From: Fidelibacterota bacterium
GTDB taxonomy: Bacteria > Fidelibacterota > Marinisomatia > Marinisomatales > JABMOV01
DNA: 60,402 nt
Assembly (NCBI GenBank): GCA_013203145.1
Contig: JABMOV010000166.1
Span: 1-60,402 of the forward strand
Reading direction: 5' to 3'
The position numbers were made by a program, and so were the translations under genes. Below are positions 49,891-60,402 of the stretch, one piece after another; positions within the stretch are counted from its first letter, which is position 1; each line of letters starts with the position of its first letter. The notes below the pieces were generated by a model. That model was not told the origin of the DNA, did not search any database, and saw only the letters and a list, made by a program, of their open reading frames with translations.

Positions 49891-50322
49891 ATGGCCAAAT
49901 GGGATAAAGACACATTCATTGTAGATTTACGTAATTCTAGTAGTCGCGAAGTAGCTAAAATTGGAGAACGTATCATTATTTTCTCCGAAAAATATGCCGA
50001 TGAAATTACTTGGGGAAGAGGGAACGAACACGGAACTCTAACCTTCCGAACCATTTCGGATTTTGGAGTATTGCCGATATTCCATTTAACATCAGATGGA
50101 AAAATTAATCTTCAAATTAATTTCTTAAGGAGCAAAGGATTACCACAGCAGGTTATCCGTGATCTCACTGTCAAGCTAGAGGCAAACTTTTTAAAGGATT
50201 ATGATGAAGAATACTACCCAAATGATATTTTTGAAGATATGGAGCTTTTGTTTCATATGTCCAGTCAGGTTGATAAATTTCTGAAGATGATTGAAGGTGT
50301 TGTTTATCGACTAAAACAATAG
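49891..50322 (+). CDS. Hypothetical soluble protein
   Basis: 143-aa ORF with AGGGG RBS and a downstream terminator. Confidence 0.75.
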   Translation: MAKWDKDTFIVDLRNSSSREVAKIGERIIIFSEKYADEITWGRGNEHGTLTFRTISDFGVLPIFHLTSDGKINLQINFLRSKGLPQQVIRDLTVKLEANFLKDYDEEYYPNDIFEDMELLFHMSSQVDKFLKMIEGVVYRLKQ

Positions 50323-50333
50323 TCTGAAATGTT

Positions 50334-50360
50334 AACCCCGACACCATGCCGGGGTTTTTT
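50334..50360 (+). terminator. Rho-independent terminator
   Basis: AACCCCG-N9-CGGGGTT followed by TTTT. Confidence 0.8.
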
Positions 50361-50361
50361 A

Positions 50362-50397
50362 TTGACTAATATGTAAAGTACTTTATAAAATAAAGTA
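50362..50397 (+). promoter_or_regulatory. Promoter with overlapping palindromic operator
   Basis: TTGACT at 50362; TACTTTAT-AAA-ATAAAGTA (50379-50397) and TAAAGTACTTTA (50374-50385) cover the -10 region. Confidence 0.6.
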
Positions 50398-50414
50398 TAA
50401 CTTTTGAGGAATAA

Positions 50415-51002
50415 ATGGATCAGACACGAATCAAAGAAGATTTATCAATCATAAAACGGATCATGGAAGAATCCCGCCAAAACTTTTATAATTATGGAAT
50501 TAATTTGGTTGTTTGGGGTGGCATTGTCATTACAGAATTATTGCTTACATACGTAAATGTTGCAATTCATTACTTCATTCCAGAATACTGGTATTGGCTT
50601 ATTGGTTTTAGTGGTGGATTTTTGTTTGAATTTATTCATGGTAGAAAATGGTGTAGAGATAATCATGCAATTCAACAGGCAAACCGAATCGGGAGTACCT
50701 TATGGATGTCTATATTATTGACAATTGTGTTATTTGGAACTGTCGGTGTTTCCAGTGGGGTTGTAAATGGTGAAGGAGCATCTGGATTTATTGCTGGGTT
50801 ATTGGCTATAGGATATTTAGTGACTGGCGAATTAATTAAGCTTCCCTGGGTAAAACGGTTAGGCTATGGATGGTGGATTGGAGCAATCATCCTTTTTTAT
50901 ACACCTGGTGATAAAAACCTTCTCTTAATGGCTTTACTCATGTTTTTACTTCAATTCATTCCAGGATTAATTTTACTTGTAAAAGGACCAAAGAATGACT
51001 GA
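50415..51002 (+). CDS. Membrane protein, about six TM helices
   Basis: EDLSIIKRIMEESR N-terminus followed by hydrophobic helices; overlaps the wHTH gene. Confidence 0.8.
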   Translation: MDQTRIKEDLSIIKRIMEESRQNFYNYGINLVVWGGIVITELLLTYVNVAIHYFIPEYWYWLIGFSGGFLFEFIHGRKWCRDNHAIQQANRIGSTLWMSILLTIVLFGTVGVSSGVVNGEGASGFIAGLLAIGYLVTGELIKLPWVKRLGYGWWIGAIILFYTPGDKNLLLMALLMFLLQFIPGLILLVKGPKND

Positions 51003-51303
51003 TTTCGATTATCAACAAATTGATGATCTCATTCATTCTCGTATACGATTGTCGATAATCGCATTATTGGCGAGTTGTGAAGAAGCCTCTTTTGTTTTTA
51101 TCCGGAAAAAAACAGGTGCAACCGATGGTAATCTGAGTGTTCAATTGCGAAAATTGGAAGAAGCATCATTGATTACTGTGAAAAAAGAATTTATAAAACG
51201 AAAACCAGTTTCTACTTATTCGATTACAGAAAAAGGAAGAAATGCTTTTCAAGAATATGTGAAAAGAATAGAATCATTATTGCAATTTGGAGAATTATCA
51301 TGA
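50995..51303 (+). CDS. Winged-HTH transcriptional regulator (HTH_34/MarR-like)
   Basis: IHSRIRLSI, TDGNLSVQLRKLEEA, TEKGRNAF. Confidence 0.9.
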   Translation: MTDFDYQQIDDLIHSRIRLSIIALLASCEEASFVFIRKKTGATDGNLSVQLRKLEEASLITVKKEFIKRKPVSTYSITEKGRNAFQEYVKRIESLLQFGELS

Positions 51304-53840
51304 TTGAAAAAATATTGCTTATTGTATCACTTTCCATGTCATTATTAATTGGTGAGACAGGAAGTGTAACCGGATCCATTACTGATCTAGCAACGCAGCA
51401 ACCTTTATCAGGAGTGAATATCATTGTCGAAGGAACCGTATTAGGCGCAGCATCAGATTTGGATGGAAATTTTACGGTTCAGGATATCCCTAATGGATTT
51501 TACCATGTTCGATTTAGCGCCATTGGATATAAGCCCCTCGTTAAGCTAAATATTCGCATTGTCTCAAACCGTCCCGCAATAATTCGGGCGGAGCTCGAGC
51601 AACAGGCTGTTGAACTTGAAGGTGTTACGGTTACTCGTGAATATTTCGAAAAAGAGAAAGATGCACTTGTTTCGAGCAGAACAGTCGATCTGAATGAAAT
51701 ACGAAGAGATCCTGCAGGAGCAATTGATATTCAGCGTATGATGCAGGCTTTACCTGCTGTTGTTTCAGCATCAGATCAGCAAAACGAAATAGTTGTGCGC
51801 GGGGGATCACCAGGGGAAAACCTATTTCTTATGGATAATATTGAAATATCTAATTCAAATCATTTTGGAGTACCTGGTTCAGGCGGAGGACCTATCAATA
51901 TGATTAATACCCTGTTTATTGATCGGGTTGATTTTATGGCAGGTGCATTCCCTGCAAAATATGGTGACAAGGCTTCCAGTGTCATGGATATATCGTTGCG
52001 GGAAGGTAACCGCACGCTTCATTCTCAGGATATAGACATGAGTATGGCAGGAATTGGTATCAATGTTGAAGGACCTATCAGGGATGGTCAAGGGTCATAC
52101 ATGACCTCATATAGAAAAAGTTATTTGGATTTAATTATTGCAAACACAGGATTAGCTGCAATACCACGTTACTGGAGTTTTCAATCCAAGCTGGTATATG
52201 ATCTTGCTCCGACAGATAAGCTCATGTTTAATATGGTATATGGTAACGATGCTATTAAACTTGAAGGGGAAAATAGTGCGTGGAGTCGTGGTGCAGAGAA
52301 TGTTGATGTTAAAGGCACTCAATCGGCATATGGGATGACCTATAAAAAACTGTGGGGAAAACACGGTTTAACAAACTTGACAGTTGGTGGAACTCATGCC
52401 AAGTTTCTCTATGATGTATATCGAATTAATAACGATGGACAAAAGGAGTTTTACGCCGACCAAGATTTTTTAGAATGGGATGTACAAGCTAAGGGCGATT
52501 TTCTGTGGAAACCCAATCATACAATGGAAATCAGTGGAGGTTTTGATTGGAAACAGTTAGGCGTGAATAATGATTCCTGGGTTTCAACAGATACGGTTTG
52601 AAGCTATGGTTATAATTTTTCTGGTTCACAAACTACATTTATTGATAGTTTACCAGTATCTATTTGGGATAGCCAAGCTTTTCCTATCATCAATAATGCA
52701 GATCCAGATTCTATTTATGAGGATGACTCCGGAATATGGCATTATTTATCAGAAAATCCAGATGGAACTTGGAATGAAGTTCAATTTCAAAAAATGGGAA
52801 TAGTTGGACAGCCTTATGATTCTGCGAGGTCGAATACAAATTCATCAAATCCAAGAATAGGTGGTTTTGTTCAGGTAAAATATGAACTGAATCCTTCAAT
52901 TCGGGTAAACCTGGGAATACGTGCAGGATATTTTAAATACACCGATTTCAGCTGGATTTCACCACGATTGGGAGTGCAATATTCATTGTCTCCTGTCTCA
53001 TTTTTGAATCTTGCCTATGGTCGACATTTTCAAACCCCTAATCTGATTGAATTGGCGTTTGATTCTGACAACGACAATCTTCGAAGTAAATACAATGACC
53101 AATTCGTTATGGGTTTGGAGCATTTCTTTAGCAAAGATACGCGAGGCACATTTGAAGCGTATTGGAAGACATACAGTGATATCCCGGTTAACTTTACCGA
53201 GACAACTCCTGACTCCAGTGATCGAAGTTTTAAACTGGTTAATGAAGGACACGCAAAATCCTATGGAGTTGAATTATTCTTACAAAAGAAGATGGCAAAA
53301 GATTTTTTTGGCACATTTTCATATTCATGGTATCGAGCATTTAATCAGGATGTTCGTTCAGATGATGAAAAGTATTATCCTCAAACATTTGATTTTCAGC
53401 ATGTGGCATCCATTGTGGGTGGTTACAGAATACCGCTGAAAGGGACAAATATCATTCCAATCTCAAAGAGAAATGGATTGGTTAGATTTATTGCGAAAGC
53501 TCTGGGTTGGGGTTCAGATGAGCTAGAATTATCCTTTCGATATCGATATGTTGGAGGCAAACCTTATACGCCACTGTCATATAATCACAATGTTCAACGG
53601 TGGTATGAAGATCCCACAGCTGAATATAATACAGAAAGACTCATTGCGTATCACCGATTCGATATAATAATATTATGGCATTCCAATTATGAAAAATTTA
53701 ATGTTATTTCCTACTTTGATTTACAAAATTGTTTCAATCGGGACAATATTTGGGATATTCAATGGAATGCAGATGGAACACAATCCGACATATATCAATA
53801 TAAAGTATTTCCAGTAGGTGGATTTACAATCGAATTCTAA
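51300..53840 (+). pseudogene. TonB-dependent receptor (846 codons) interrupted by one in-frame TGA at 52599-52601
   Basis: Carboxypeptidase-regulatory-like domain, plug (VVRGGSPGENLFLMD, FPAKYGDKASSV), barrel ending in F; the frame stays open from 52602 into ORF 52794..53840. Confidence 0.8.
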
Positions 53841-53847
53841 TTGATTT

Positions 53848-53883
53848 AAAAAAGCCCTGATATCATTTATATCAGGGCTTTTT
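53848..53883. terminator. Bidirectional terminator
   Basis: AAAAAGCCCTGATAT-CATTT-ATATCAGGGCTTTTT between convergent genes. Confidence 0.9.
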
Positions 53884-53886
53884 CCT

Positions 53887-54267
53887 TCATTTCACATAAA
53901 CGAATTTTCGATTTAATATTGTATTAGAAGTTTTCATTTTATAAATATATATCCCCGAAGCGTATTGACTCATATCAATTCTGGTTTCGTGGTAACCTTT
54001 TGAAATATTTTCATTAATTACTGAAAGCACTTCTTGGCCTTTAAGGTTATAAATAATCAATGATACATGACCTGATTGTGGAAGGTAAAATTGAATCATT
54101 GTTTGGGCATTAAACGGATTGGGATAGTTTTGTACTAAAACCGGGGAATCTGGCACTAATACGGTCAGATCTTTGTCTTCAACATAGGAGGTGTTTACTT
54201 GCGGAAACACTGGTGATACTATTGTAAGGACAATAAGGAGGAACTGCACTATCTTTCTAAATATCAT
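53887..54267 (-). CDS. Signal peptide plus stand-alone T9SS/FlgD-type sorting domain
   Basis: QNYPNPFNAQT...IYNLKGQEV...ASGIYIY...K with no cargo domain. Confidence 0.8.
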   Translation of the reverse strand: MIFRKIVQFLLIVLTIVSPVFPQVNTSYVEDKDLTVLVPDSPVLVQNYPNPFNAQTMIQFYLPQSGHVSLIIYNLKGQEVLSVINENISKGYHETRIDMSQYASGIYIYKMKTSNTILNRKFVYVK

Positions 54268-54487
54268 AACTTATTTCCCATCTGTCTTTACAATGATTTC
54301 TATAAAGAACGACGAAAACTAATAATCAAAAGTGTGAAATCATGTGAGTTGGACAACAGAACCTAGTTCAATGTGATGCCCTGCACATGGCGTAAAGCCA
54401 GCAGTTTTTCTCACAAGAAAAAATGTGGAGATTCCTTTTGAGATAGGGTAGTTTTTACCATTAACAGCAAGACGAATAATTATTGAA

Positions 54488-55789
54488 ATGAAACATGTCC
54501 TACTAGTCCTCCTAATTGTACCATTATTCAGCCAATCTGATTTGCCCCACGGTTTAACTGATGATGAAAAATTGAATTTACACCTCATCGGTGTTAATAG
54601 AACAATCACTGATCCACCTGATAGTATTGTATTTGCTCCAGCAGAATTCGATTCCGTAGCCGGAGTTATTTTTGCCTGGGAACAGTATTACACTTTACTG
54701 AAGCAAATGATAAAAGAAACTGCAGAATCTGACACAGCCTGGGTGGTTGTAAATGGTTCTTCTGAAGAAACAACGGTTACAAATGAATTGAATTCATACG
54801 GTGTGAACATGGATCGGGTTGAATTTATTTATGATAATCTGAATTCTGTTTGGATTCGGGATTATGGACCATGGTGGATTTATCAACCGGATGGAACACG
54901 TGCAGTGATTGATTTAGATTATAATCGTCCACGACCTCAGGATGATGCCTTCCCAGAGGATTTAGCCAATCTATGGAATCTTGATTATTATGGTCTTGGA
55001 TTAGTGGAAGCCGGTGGCAATATGCTCCTGGATGGTAAAGGAGCAGTATTACTTTCAAATGTTATCTTTGATGCATCTCAGGGCTTTGACCCAAATTTAA
55101 CAGTGGATCAATTAGAGACATATTTTGATGAATATTTTGGGGTTCATAAAGTTATTATTACCGACCATCTTAATAATGATGGAACAGGTCATATTGATAT
55201 GTTTGTTAAAGTAATTAATGATACCACTGTAATTGTTGGTGAATACGCACCCGGGACTGGTGCAACAGGAAATGCTGAAATCTGTGATCAAGTTGCTGAT
55301 CAGATCGCAAATGAAACCAATGGAGAAGGCAGACCCTTTAATGTAATCCGCATGCTTATGCCAGATAATGTTGGCGGAGTTTCCTATACGTACATTAATT
55401 CACTTATTGTTAATAAAAAAATCTATGTACCTGTATACGGATTTCAAACTGATGCTGCGGTGTTGGCACAGTATGAATCTATAGTGCCAGAGTATGAAAT
55501 CATTGGATATGATTGTAATCAAATTATTACCGCAAATGGTGCAATCCATTGTATTACAATGAAAGTTCCTGCAATGATAGAATGGGTTGATCCTTGTGAA
55601 GATTGGATTCTAGGTGATGTCAATAATGATGGAAACATTGATGTTCATGATCTACTATCTGTCGCCGATATTGTACTTGGATTTGAAGAGCCAGGAATCT
55701 GTTCTGAGCGAGTAGCCGATATAAATGAAGATCAAAATGTGACAGCCATGGATTTGATCACGTTATTAAATCTGATAATGGGATGGTAG
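54488..55789 (+). CDS. Secreted agmatine/peptidylarginine deiminase with C-terminal dockerin-like repeats
   Basis: APAEF, WIRDYGP, EAGGN, TGHIDM, GAIHCIT; GDVNNDGNIDVHD and ADINEDQNVTAMD. Confidence 0.88.
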   Translation: MKHVLLVLLIVPLFSQSDLPHGLTDDEKLNLHLIGVNRTITDPPDSIVFAPAEFDSVAGVIFAWEQYYTLLKQMIKETAESDTAWVVVNGSSEETTVTNELNSYGVNMDRVEFIYDNLNSVWIRDYGPWWIYQPDGTRAVIDLDYNRPRPQDDAFPEDLANLWNLDYYGLGLVEAGGNMLLDGKGAVLLSNVIFDASQGFDPNLTVDQLETYFDEYFGVHKVIITDHLNNDGTGHIDMFVKVINDTTVIVGEYAPGTGATGNAEICDQVADQIANETNGEGRPFNVIRMLMPDNVGGVSYTYINSLIVNKKIYVPVYGFQTDAAVLAQYESIVPEYEIIGYDCNQIITANGAIHCITMKVPAMIEWVDPCEDWILGDVNNDGNIDVHDLLSVADIVLGFEEPGICSERVADINEDQNVTAMDLITLLNLIMGW

Positions 55790-55795
55790 AAATCT

Positions 55796-56410
55796 TTGCA
55801 AAAAGTTTATGAACCAGCAACTGTAATTACAGATGGATTGATTACATTACTTGGCATTTATATTGGATTTGATTTACTGCAGTATTCATTTTTTTCATTT
55901 CAATATCTTTGGGGAATAGCATTTTTTGGAATGGCACTCTCAGCTCTTTTTGGGGCAATTCGACATGGTTGGGGACCTCACTGGAATAAATCAGCTTCAA
56001 TTACACTAAATAGACTTACCTATTTTGGAATTGGAGTAACCACTGTAACAATGTTATTCGCTTCTGTAGGTTGGTTTTTTGAATCCGAATCTTGTTTACT
56101 TCAAATTATAATTGGATTATCTTTTTTTGTATACATTTTCTTCGCATTCAAACAGATGCGTTTTAGAATTGTTATATACTATTACTTTCCCACTTTAGCT
56201 TTGATATTTATTGCTATGACAATTGGTTGGATTCAGGAGGAAGTCGGAGCCGGACAAGTAGCAATAGGATTAGGAATCAGTTTTGTAGCAGCGGGTATAC
56301 AAATGTCAGGTTGGAATATTCACAGACATTTTAATCACAATGATTTATACCATGTGATACAATTACTGGGAATGTGGGTTGTGTACGAGGGAGTTTTACT
56401 TATAAAATAA
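55796..56410 (+). CDS. Polytopic membrane protein
   Basis: About seven TM helices; EPATVITD, GAIRHG, FNHNDLYH conserved-looking His motifs; TTG start. Confidence 0.75.
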   Translation: MQKVYEPATVITDGLITLLGIYIGFDLLQYSFFSFQYLWGIAFFGMALSALFGAIRHGWGPHWNKSASITLNRLTYFGIGVTTVTMLFASVGWFFESESCLLQIIIGLSFFVYIFFAFKQMRFRIVIYYYFPTLALIFIAMTIGWIQEEVGAGQVAIGLGISFVAAGIQMSGWNIHRHFNHNDLYHVIQLLGMWVVYEGVLLIK

Positions 56411-56440
56411 AAACGGCCCACAGAGAAACTCTGTGAGCCG
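56404..56440 (-). terminator. Rho-independent terminator of the RRM gene
   Basis: Minus strand CGGCTCACAGAG-TTT-CTCTGTGGGCCG-TTTTTATTTT. Confidence 0.8.
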
Positions 56441-56448
56441 AAATTGCA

Positions 56449-56724
56449 TTAATACCTATCGCGACGTTGTTGTGGACGTTCTTCTCTTGGACGAGCTTCA
56501 CTGACTTTAAGGCTTCTACCTTTTAATTCAACGTCATTTAAAGCTTCCAAAGCGGAACGGCCTTCTTCATCGTTTGTCATTTCAACAAAACCAAATCCTT
56601 TGGAACGACCTGTCATACGATCTGAAATAATTTTTGCGCTTGTGACTTCACCGTGCTCACCAAATGCATTTTTTAAATCGTCTTCTGATAAATCATAGGA
56701 TAAGTTTCCTACATATAGATTCAT
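56449..56724 (-). CDS. RRM (RNP-1) RNA-binding protein
   Basis: LYVGNL (RNP2) and KGFGFVEM (RNP1). Confidence 0.95.
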   Translation of the reverse strand: MNLYVGNLSYDLSEDDLKNAFGEHGEVTSAKIISDRMTGRSKGFGFVEMTNDEEGRSALEALNDVELKGRSLKVSEARPREERPQQRRDRY

Positions 56725-56982
56725 AGTATTCTCTCTAATTAATTTCTAGTTACGCGTAAATCAACATCCAATGTTGAGAAACGGTCGTAAAGTTAGTTGC
56801 GATTCGGTGTATGTCCAATGTATTTGTTTTGTTAACTATCTTTTGCCAATGTTCAACATTGTGCCATTAATTATTCGCTAATTAGCTCACTGAGTTTTTT
56901 ATTTATACGAATAATCTCATTATTTAATCCACTTTAGTTCATGTAAATTCGGCACCTATTTTAATAATATTGAGGACTGATT

Positions 56983-58272
56983 GTGGACATCAAGGTAAAT
57001 GAAATAAATAGTTATAAACGGGAATTAGAAGTCGTAATTCCCTGGACGGACTTGCAAGATGATTTTGAAAAATCAATAAAACATTTTGCGAAAAAAGTCA
57101 AACTTCCAGGGTTCCGTCCAGGGAAGGCACCCAGAAAAGTTCTCATGCAGAATTATTTACCGAATATTGAAATGGATTTTGTTGAAGAATCATTTAACAA
57201 AATCTATGTTCAAGCTCTTCAGGAAAAAGAATTAACTCCTGTCAATCAGGGAGAAGTCTCGGATCTTAATTTTCATTATGAAACTGATTTTACTTTTAAA
57301 GCCACTTTTGAAATTGAGCCTGAAGTAGTGCTCCCAACGTTGAAGAAAAATAGTTTAAAGGTTCAGCAAACAAAATTTATTTCTGATGCGAAAGATATGG
57401 AAATAACGATTGATGATATCCGTGCACGATACATGAATATACGTACAGTTGATGATGGCTCTAAAGAAGGTCACTTTATCGTGTGTAATCTGCAGGAAAT
57501 TGATGAATCTGGAAATCCCATTATTGGGAATAAGATGGAAGATCGATATATCAAAGTTGGAGAAGGAATTTTCACCAATGAACTTCAAAAATCTCTCACT
57601 GGTTTAAAACCGAAAGATGAAATTCAGATCAATGTCCCTGGTGAGAATGATGGTGAGATTAGATACCAGTTAAATGTTGTTCGAGTTGAAGATCATGAAT
57701 TACCGGTCGTTGATGAAGACTTTGTTAAGATGGTTGATCCTGCCATTGAATCAGTTGATGCCTGGCGTGAAAAGATTAAAGAGTCTATTGATCTTGAATA
57801 TGAGCGCCGATCTGAAGAAGCTTTTGATCGTCAACTTTCTGACGCACTGATTGATATGACAGATATGGAATATCCGCCATCTATGGTAGAATCCTATTTA
57901 GAACATTTAATTGAAGACGTGAAAAAATCGAATCCGGGTGCAGCACTAGATGACGCAAAAGTCCGCGAAACGTACCAAACAGTCGCTATACGTAATATGA
58001 AATGGTACTTAGTTCGGAAAGCGATCATCCGTGAACAAAATATTGAAATCACGAAAGAAGAAGTACAAGAAGAAGTGACGCGTTTGATTGAAAAATCCCC
58101 GCAATATTCTAAGGAAATTGAGAAATATTATAAAAAACCCAGTAATCGGAATAAAGTAGATGATGACCTGTTAGAGAAAAAAATTCTGGATTATTTGAAA
58201 GAATTTGCAAAAATCAAGCAAGTTAAGGTGAACACGAAGACTCTCCGTGAAAAGGAAAACCAGGAAGGATAA
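56983..58272 (+). CDS. tig: Trigger factor
   Basis: PGFRPGKAP ribosome-binding motif; GAGG RBS with GTG start; upstream of clpP. Confidence 0.93.
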   Translation: MDIKVNEINSYKRELEVVIPWTDLQDDFEKSIKHFAKKVKLPGFRPGKAPRKVLMQNYLPNIEMDFVEESFNKIYVQALQEKELTPVNQGEVSDLNFHYETDFTFKATFEIEPEVVLPTLKKNSLKVQQTKFISDAKDMEITIDDIRARYMNIRTVDDGSKEGHFIVCNLQEIDESGNPIIGNKMEDRYIKVGEGIFTNELQKSLTGLKPKDEIQINVPGENDGEIRYQLNVVRVEDHELPVVDEDFVKMVDPAIESVDAWREKIKESIDLEYERRSEEAFDRQLSDALIDMTDMEYPPSMVESYLEHLIEDVKKSNPGAALDDAKVRETYQTVAIRNMKWYLVRKAIIREQNIEITKEEVQEEVTRLIEKSPQYSKEIEKYYKKPSNRNKVDDDLLEKKILDYLKEFAKIKQVKVNTKTLREKENQEG

Positions 58273-58276
58273 TCCA

Positions 58277-58882
58277 ATGATGGATCACGAAATTTCTCAA
58301 CTTATTCCCATGGTGGTAGAACAGAGTGGACGATCTGAACGAGCGTTTGATATTTATTCGCGTTTATTACGTGAACGGATCATTTTCTTAGGTACTCCAA
58401 TTGATGATAATGTGGCATCTCTTGTCATAGCTCAGATGTTGTTTCTGGAATCGGATAATGAAGAAAGAGATATTCATTTATACATTAATTCTCCCGGTGG
58501 ATATGTCACATCAGGATTGGCTATCTTCGATACCATGAATTATATCAAACCGGATGTGGCAACAATTTGTATTGGACAAGCATCCAGTATGGCGGCTTTG
58601 CTTTTAGCGGGTGGAGCAAAAGGAAAACGATCCGCATTACCCAATTCGCGAATGATGATACATCAGCCATTAGGCGGCGCTGAAGGACAAGCCAGCGATA
58701 TCAAAATTCAAGCCGATGAAATATTAAAACTGCGAGTAAAATTGAATAAAATATTAGCAAAAAGTACAGGGCAAACAGCTAAACGAATTGAACGTGATAC
58801 GGATCGGAATTATTTCATGAGTTCCAGTGAAGCTCTAGAATATGGAATTATTGATACAGTATTAAGTAAACGCAATGTCTGA
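58277..58882 (+). CDS. clpP: ATP-dependent Clp protease proteolytic subunit
   Basis: [28 protein letters not shown]; start set at ATG 58277. Confidence 0.97.
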   Translation: MMDHEISQLIPMVVEQSGRSERAFDIYSRLLRERIIFLGTPIDDNVASLVIAQMLFLESDNEERDIHLYINSPGGYVTSGLAIFDTMNYIKPDVATICIGQASSMAALLLAGGAKGKRSALPNSRMMIHQPLGGAEGQASDIKIQADEILKLRVKLNKILAKSTGQTAKRIERDTDRNYFMSSSEALEYGIIDTVLSKRNV

Positions 58883-60005
58883 TTTACCGCGACATTTATC
58901 AAAACCGGATTTCCAATATGCTGAAGAGAAGCAATTTGTTCTTCAAAAACCTTCTGAAATAAAAACATTTCTTGATCAATATATCATAGGTCAGGATCGT
59001 GCAAAACGAATTATGTCCGTTGCTGTTTACAATCATTTCAAGCGGATGATTCATAATTATTCTGACGATCGGGATGATGTGGAAATCGAAAAAAGCAATA
59101 TTCTCATGATCGGTCCAACCGGAACAGGAAAAACTCTCATCGCCCAAACTCTGGCGCGGATTCTATCTGTTCCATTTGCAATAGCAGATGCCACGACATT
59201 AACAGAAGCGGGATATGTAGGTGAAGATGTTGAAAATGTACTCGTGCGTTTACTGCAGGCTGCCAATTATAATGTATCCGAGGCTGAGCATGGAATTATC
59301 TTTATTGATGAAATAGATAAAATTGGTAGAAAAGGAGAAAATTCCTCTATTACCAGGGATGTCTCTGGCGAAGGTGTCCAACAGGCTCTTTTAAAAATCC
59401 TTGAGGGTACACATGCCAATGTACCACCACAAGGTGGGCGAAAACATCCTGAGCAACCATTAATCGCAATCAACACCAAAAATATTTTATTTATTTGTGG
59501 CGGTCTATTTGATGGACTGACAGAACTCATAGAAAAACGTCGTGACACAAAGCCCATGGGATTTGGTCAAAAGGATAATGGATTTAAAACTGTAACTGAA
59601 GATAAGATATTGCAATTTGTTGAACCTGATGATCTCGTTCATTTTGGTTTGATACCTGAACTTGTTGGTCGGTTACCGGTTGTAACAACTCTGGATCATT
59701 TAGATTATGATACTTATCATAAAATTTTAACAGAACCGAAAAATGCCATTGTAAAACAGTATAAAAAATTATTTAAGATGGATGGCGTTAACTTAGAGTT
59801 TAGGGATGACGGATTAGATGAAATCATCCTGAGGACAATGAAACGAAAATCAGGTGCCAGAGCACTACGATCAGTATTGGAAAATGTAATGTTGGATATT
59901 CAGTATGCAATTCCAGATATGAAAAATATAAAAAACATTACAATTACCAGAGATGTGGTTACAGGGAAGCGATTACCCCATAAGATTAATCGTAAAAGCG
60001 CCTAA
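58875..60005 (+). CDS. clpX: ClpX ATPase lacking the N-terminal zinc-binding domain
   Basis: [50 protein letters not shown]. Confidence 0.93.
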   Translation: MSDLPRHLSKPDFQYAEEKQFVLQKPSEIKTFLDQYIIGQDRAKRIMSVAVYNHFKRMIHNYSDDRDDVEIEKSNILMIGPTGTGKTLIAQTLARILSVPFAIADATTLTEAGYVGEDVENVLVRLLQAANYNVSEAEHGIIFIDEIDKIGRKGENSSITRDVSGEGVQQALLKILEGTHANVPPQGGRKHPEQPLIAINTKNILFICGGLFDGLTELIEKRRDTKPMGFGQKDNGFKTVTEDKILQFVEPDDLVHFGLIPELVGRLPVVTTLDHLDYDTYHKILTEPKNAIVKQYKKLFKMDGVNLEFRDDGLDEIILRTMKRKSGARALRSVLENVMLDIQYAIPDMKNIKNITITRDVVTGKRLPHKINRKSA

Positions 60006-60030
60006 TTTAGGCTCGTCTCAAAACTGTTTA

Positions 60031-60402
60031 TTATTTGACCAAATTTGCTTTATATCCTAGGCTATTGATTGAAGCAATAACGCCGTCCGTATCAATTGCT
60101 TTACCTTTAAGTAATACTTGTCCACTTTGCAGGTCAATATTAACAGACTCCACGCCTTTACCTTCGCTAGCAGCCCTTTTTACATTTGCTTCGCAATGAC
60201 TACATGTCATTCCTGTAACATTTAATTCAGAAAAATCTTGTGACATATTTTCCTCAAGGTTCAATTGTTTTGGTTTATAGTAATATGAAAATCCAACCAC
60301 GGCTATCAATAATATTGCAGATAGTTGAGAGATTATAGACAATTCATCGCCATGATGTGAGTGTGAGGTCATCTTTGGCATTATATGTTCAACGGTAGGA
60401 AT
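60031..60402 (-). CDS. C-terminal part of a membrane protein with an HMA domain (cut by the window edge)
   Basis: Frame is open to the window end; His-rich loop SHSHH, TM helix, GMTCSHC. Confidence 0.8.
   Translation of the reverse strand: MPTVEHIMPKMTSHSHHGDELSIISQLSAILLIAVVGFSYYYKPKQLNLEENMSQDFSELNVTGMTCSHCEANVKRAASEGKGVESVNIDLQSGQVLLKGKAIDTDGVIASINSLGYKANLVK

Noticed and set aside
52570-52803. 77-aa ORF suggesting a frameshift in the TonB receptor
   Set aside because: The original frame is already open from 52602 to 53840, so no frameshift is required.
56725-56982. Possible tRNA upstream of tig
   Set aside because: No cloverleaf or GTTCRA T-loop motif is visible; it looks like an AT-rich divergent promoter region.
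1151-59557. Many short antisense or alternate-frame ORFs in the track
   Set aside because: They are nested in well-supported genes and lack motifs or RBS; expected by chance.
1-60402. Genome-wide UGA reassignment (code 4 or 25), suggested by two in-frame TGAs
   Set aside because: Several genes end at TGA at their expected C-termini, some in ATGA overlaps (pabB, actA, the 1000-aa amidohydrolase), and Trp is encoded by TGG throughout.

Overview
AT-rich bacterial chromosomal window in the standard genetic code. The gene content (FlgD/T9SS-type C-terminal tags, dockerin-like tag, TonB receptor, alternative complex III) suggests an FCB-group organism, possibly Marinimicrobia-like; that is inference. 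Ordinary content: pabABC, tag, FNR, two amidohydrolases, LOG, rpe-tkt-rpiB, an alternative complex III plus A2-type oxidase operon, two DASS transporters with a USP, a perR-ahpC-rbr-sodB cluster, an M1 peptidase and tig-clpP-clpX. Main unusual observations: (1) a Type IIG restriction-modification gene with an in-frame ~200-aa HUH/Y1 (RAYT/IS200-like) domain and four covarying REP-like palindromes inside its own coding sequence; (2) an AhpD-like gene split by an in-frame UGA in a CxxU motif with a SECIS-like hairpin, probably a selenoprotein; (3) a solitary integron-cassette-like gene with an attC-like site; (4) a TonB-dependent receptor with one in-frame UGA; (5) an ECF-like module fused to a non-ABC NTPase; (6) a ClpX lacking its zinc-binding domain. 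No rRNA, tRNA or CRISPR array was recognised. All family calls come from motif recognition by eye, not database searches.
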